Assembly: GCA_965209155.1 (NCBI GenBank)
Contig: OZ242383.1
Coordinates: 2,080,001 to 2,144,000, forward strand
Length of the DNA: 64,000 nt
Direction: 5' to 3'
Origin: a bacterium
GTDB taxonomy: Bacteria; SAR324; NAC60-12
In this document: in pieces, positions 62,333 to 64,000 of the stretch
Layout: the number at the start of each line of letters is the position of its first letter
How positions within the stretch are numbered: position 1 is the first letter of the stretch
Translations under genes and position numbers: made by a program
The notes under the pieces: model-generated
The model's input: only the letters and a program-made list of their open reading frames with translations
What the model was told of the DNA's origin: nothing
Databases searched by the model: none

Positions 62333-63253
62333 TCAGTGCGCTTCATCCCCAATTCCGACAATACTATTGAGGATCAGTGTGTTTATTTTGAAGCAAGGCG
62401 CGTAAATGTTTGATCTCTTCGAGGGCTTGTTCCTTTGTTGTCTCTCCTGTTCTTCTCTTTTCAAGGCCTGCTCTTTTTGTTGTCTCTCCTGTTCTTTTTG
62501 TTGCCGTTCCTGCTTTTCTCTTTTCAAGGCTTGCTCTTTTTGTTGCCGCTCTTCTTGGAGAGATTTTAAGAGATAGGGTTGGTAGAGCGGATCATTCATC
62601 AGGGTCTTGAACGGGGTCTGGGCCTCCAAGTCTTGGCGCCGAAAAGAAAAACGGTCCAAAACGGTGGACTGAATCAGGCCCTCTTCTGCCAAATCCAAAC
62701 GTTGATAGGTGCCTGCTTCATGGAGTCGATAAAAACATGTATGTTTTCCCACACGATCTAAAATATAATATTCGGGGACTCCCCCTTTGGCGTATTCTTC
62801 TTTTTTGTGGACGGTATCCCGTTTCACCTCCACGGGAGTCGAGTCGGATAAAAACTCGATACAGAGGTCACACACTCCTTGAAACGAACGATCCAACGGT
62901 TTGGCCTCGACTGGATTGGAGTGGAGAATCACGGCCAAATCCGGTTTGCGAATGCTCACTTCGTTGTCTCCCAACTCCAAACGAAAGCCCATTTCCAATA
63001 CCATCATCCGTCCAATGGGGAAGACAGTCAAATACTCTTCTAATAAGCGGAAGAACCATTGATAGCAAGAGATGCTTAAAAAATCCGGCATGGGCTTTTC
63101 CTCCAAGAGTCCTTTGTTCCACTCATATTGACACTCCGGGTGTTCATAATACGCCTGCCAATACTCTGCCTCACTCACCCTGAATGGTTCCCTGGGAGAG
63201 GGAGGCACCCGTGTGTGAGAGGTGTGATTTTTGACGGATTCCAAAGCTTTCAT
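62333..63253 (-). CDS. Uma2 (DUF820) PD-(D/E)xK endonuclease-like protein with C-terminal QERQQKE repeats
   Basis: RKPDLAV, DLCIEFLS and K.EYAKGGVPEYYILD; probable 1-bp frameshift in the last repeat. Confidence 0.85.
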   Translation of the reverse strand: MKALESVKNHTSHTRVPPSPREPFRVSEAEYWQAYYEHPECQYEWNKGLLEEKPMPDFLSISCYQWFFRLLEEYLTVFPIGRMMVLEMGFRLELGDNEVSIRKPDLAVILHSNPVEAKPLDRSFQGVCDLCIEFLSDSTPVEVKRDTVHKKEEYAKGGVPEYYILDRVGKHTCFYRLHEAGTYQRLDLAEEGLIQSTVLDRFSFRRQDLEAQTPFKTLMNDPLYQPYLLKSLQEERQQKEQALKREKQERQQKEQERQQKEQALKREEQERQQRNKPSKRSNIYAPCFKINTLILNSIVGIGDEAH

Positions 63254-63639
63254 GAGGCCCTCGGTGGGAATGAAATTTGTGGTCCTTTCAACAGAATAAC
63301 ACATTATGCGGAGAACAGTAATTGCCATTTTTATCATTCCGCATCGATCTGTCGTTTCAACTTTTTCTGTATCATCGCTCGGCGAATCGCTCGAACGGAT
63401 CGGTCCACCGATGCGATGAGAGAGCTATTTCATTTGGTGTCAATGAATCGTATTTAATCACTCCAAAATGAAGGAGACCCAATGTGTTGAGCAATCGTCG
63501 AAAACCTGCTTTCGTTCCCGAAAGCAGGTTTTAAATCAATCCTTAATTTTGAACATTCAATCGAAAGGCACTGGCGGCAAGGAGATTGACCGTGAAGCGC
63601 TGGAGCGTATACTGGGATTAGACGTGCCGGTCTGCGTGC

Positions 63640-63742
63640 AGTATGGATGGCACATGACTTTTGTTTCTAGCAGTAATTTCTCTAAGTTTCGAACTCCGAC
63701 ACGTAAATGCGTGATCCAAACTGATGTGTCGACAAGCACCAT
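63640..63742 (-). pseudogene. vapC: VapC (PIN) toxin N-terminal fragment
   Basis: MVLVDTSVWITHLR...LL....VMCHP, then unrelated sequence. Confidence 0.8.
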
Positions 63743-63744
63743 AG

Positions 63745-63909
63745 TTAGTCCCGTCGTCTGGGGATAGAACTTAATTTTTTTTCACTTCCTCTTTCACGAG
63801 CAATCAGTGCTTCTAATCCCATATGTATTAATGTTGTTTTTTCCTTGATCCCTGAGAGAAATGAAGCTTTCTTCAATATTTCTTCATCGATATTCAGTGT
63901 TGTTCTCAT
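63745..63909 (-). CDS. vapB: VapB-type antitoxin (54 aa)
   Basis: Manual translation MRTTLNIDEEILKKASFLSGIKEKTTLIHMGLEALIARERGSEKKLSSIPRRRD; ends 2 bp before the vapC start. Confidence 0.8.
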   Translation of the reverse strand: MRTTLNIDEEILKKASFLSGIKEKTTLIHMGLEALIARERGSEKKLSSIPRRRD

Positions 63910-63953
63910 ACCCGTCCTTTCCTATAATATTGTCAATCCAATCAATATTTTTT

Positions 63954-63971
63954 ATGCATATTAATATGCAT
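63954..63971. promoter_or_regulatory. Putative vapBC operator palindrome overlapping the promoter
   Basis: Perfect 18-bp palindrome atgcatattaatatgcat; minus strand TTGACG-N17-CATATT overlaps it. Confidence 0.65.
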
Positions 63972-64000
63972 GAATTATATGTATCCGTCAATAGTTTTAG

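Overview
Bacterial chromosomal window. Gene content suggests a deltaproteobacteria-like (possibly SAR324-type) genome; this is inference only. Housekeeping genes are mreC (partial), mreB, selB, glnB-ptsP-holA, an ECF sigma/anti-sigma pair, nrnC-like, mtaB, an isolated nuoN, tRNA-Pro(GGG), a DAHP synthase, hisI-hisG and aceE-aceF-lpdA. Metabolic genes include two LLM oxidoreductases, a ProVWX-type ABC transporter, coxG/sufU/xdhC, an acyl-CoA ligase, an SDR and an amidohydrolase. Mobile DNA is abundant: one intact ISKra4-like IS (24-bp TIRs, 9-bp TSD, A9 frameshift), a ~188-bp MITE family with TIRs and 7-bp TSDs, REP-like palindromes, and two decayed regions (~19.9-21.0 kb and ~59-64 kb) with IS630, IS21, IS110, HsdM, ABC and vapBC remnants. 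The most notable oddities are a single CRISPR-like 37-35-37 bp unit built from the 3' end of proX, a signal-peptide-bearing PD-(D/E)xK nuclease, a MetA homolog lacking its catalytic Cys, a divergent HisI/HisG pair and a 99-bp structured tandem duplication. No complete novel multi-gene system can be proven from sequence alone.
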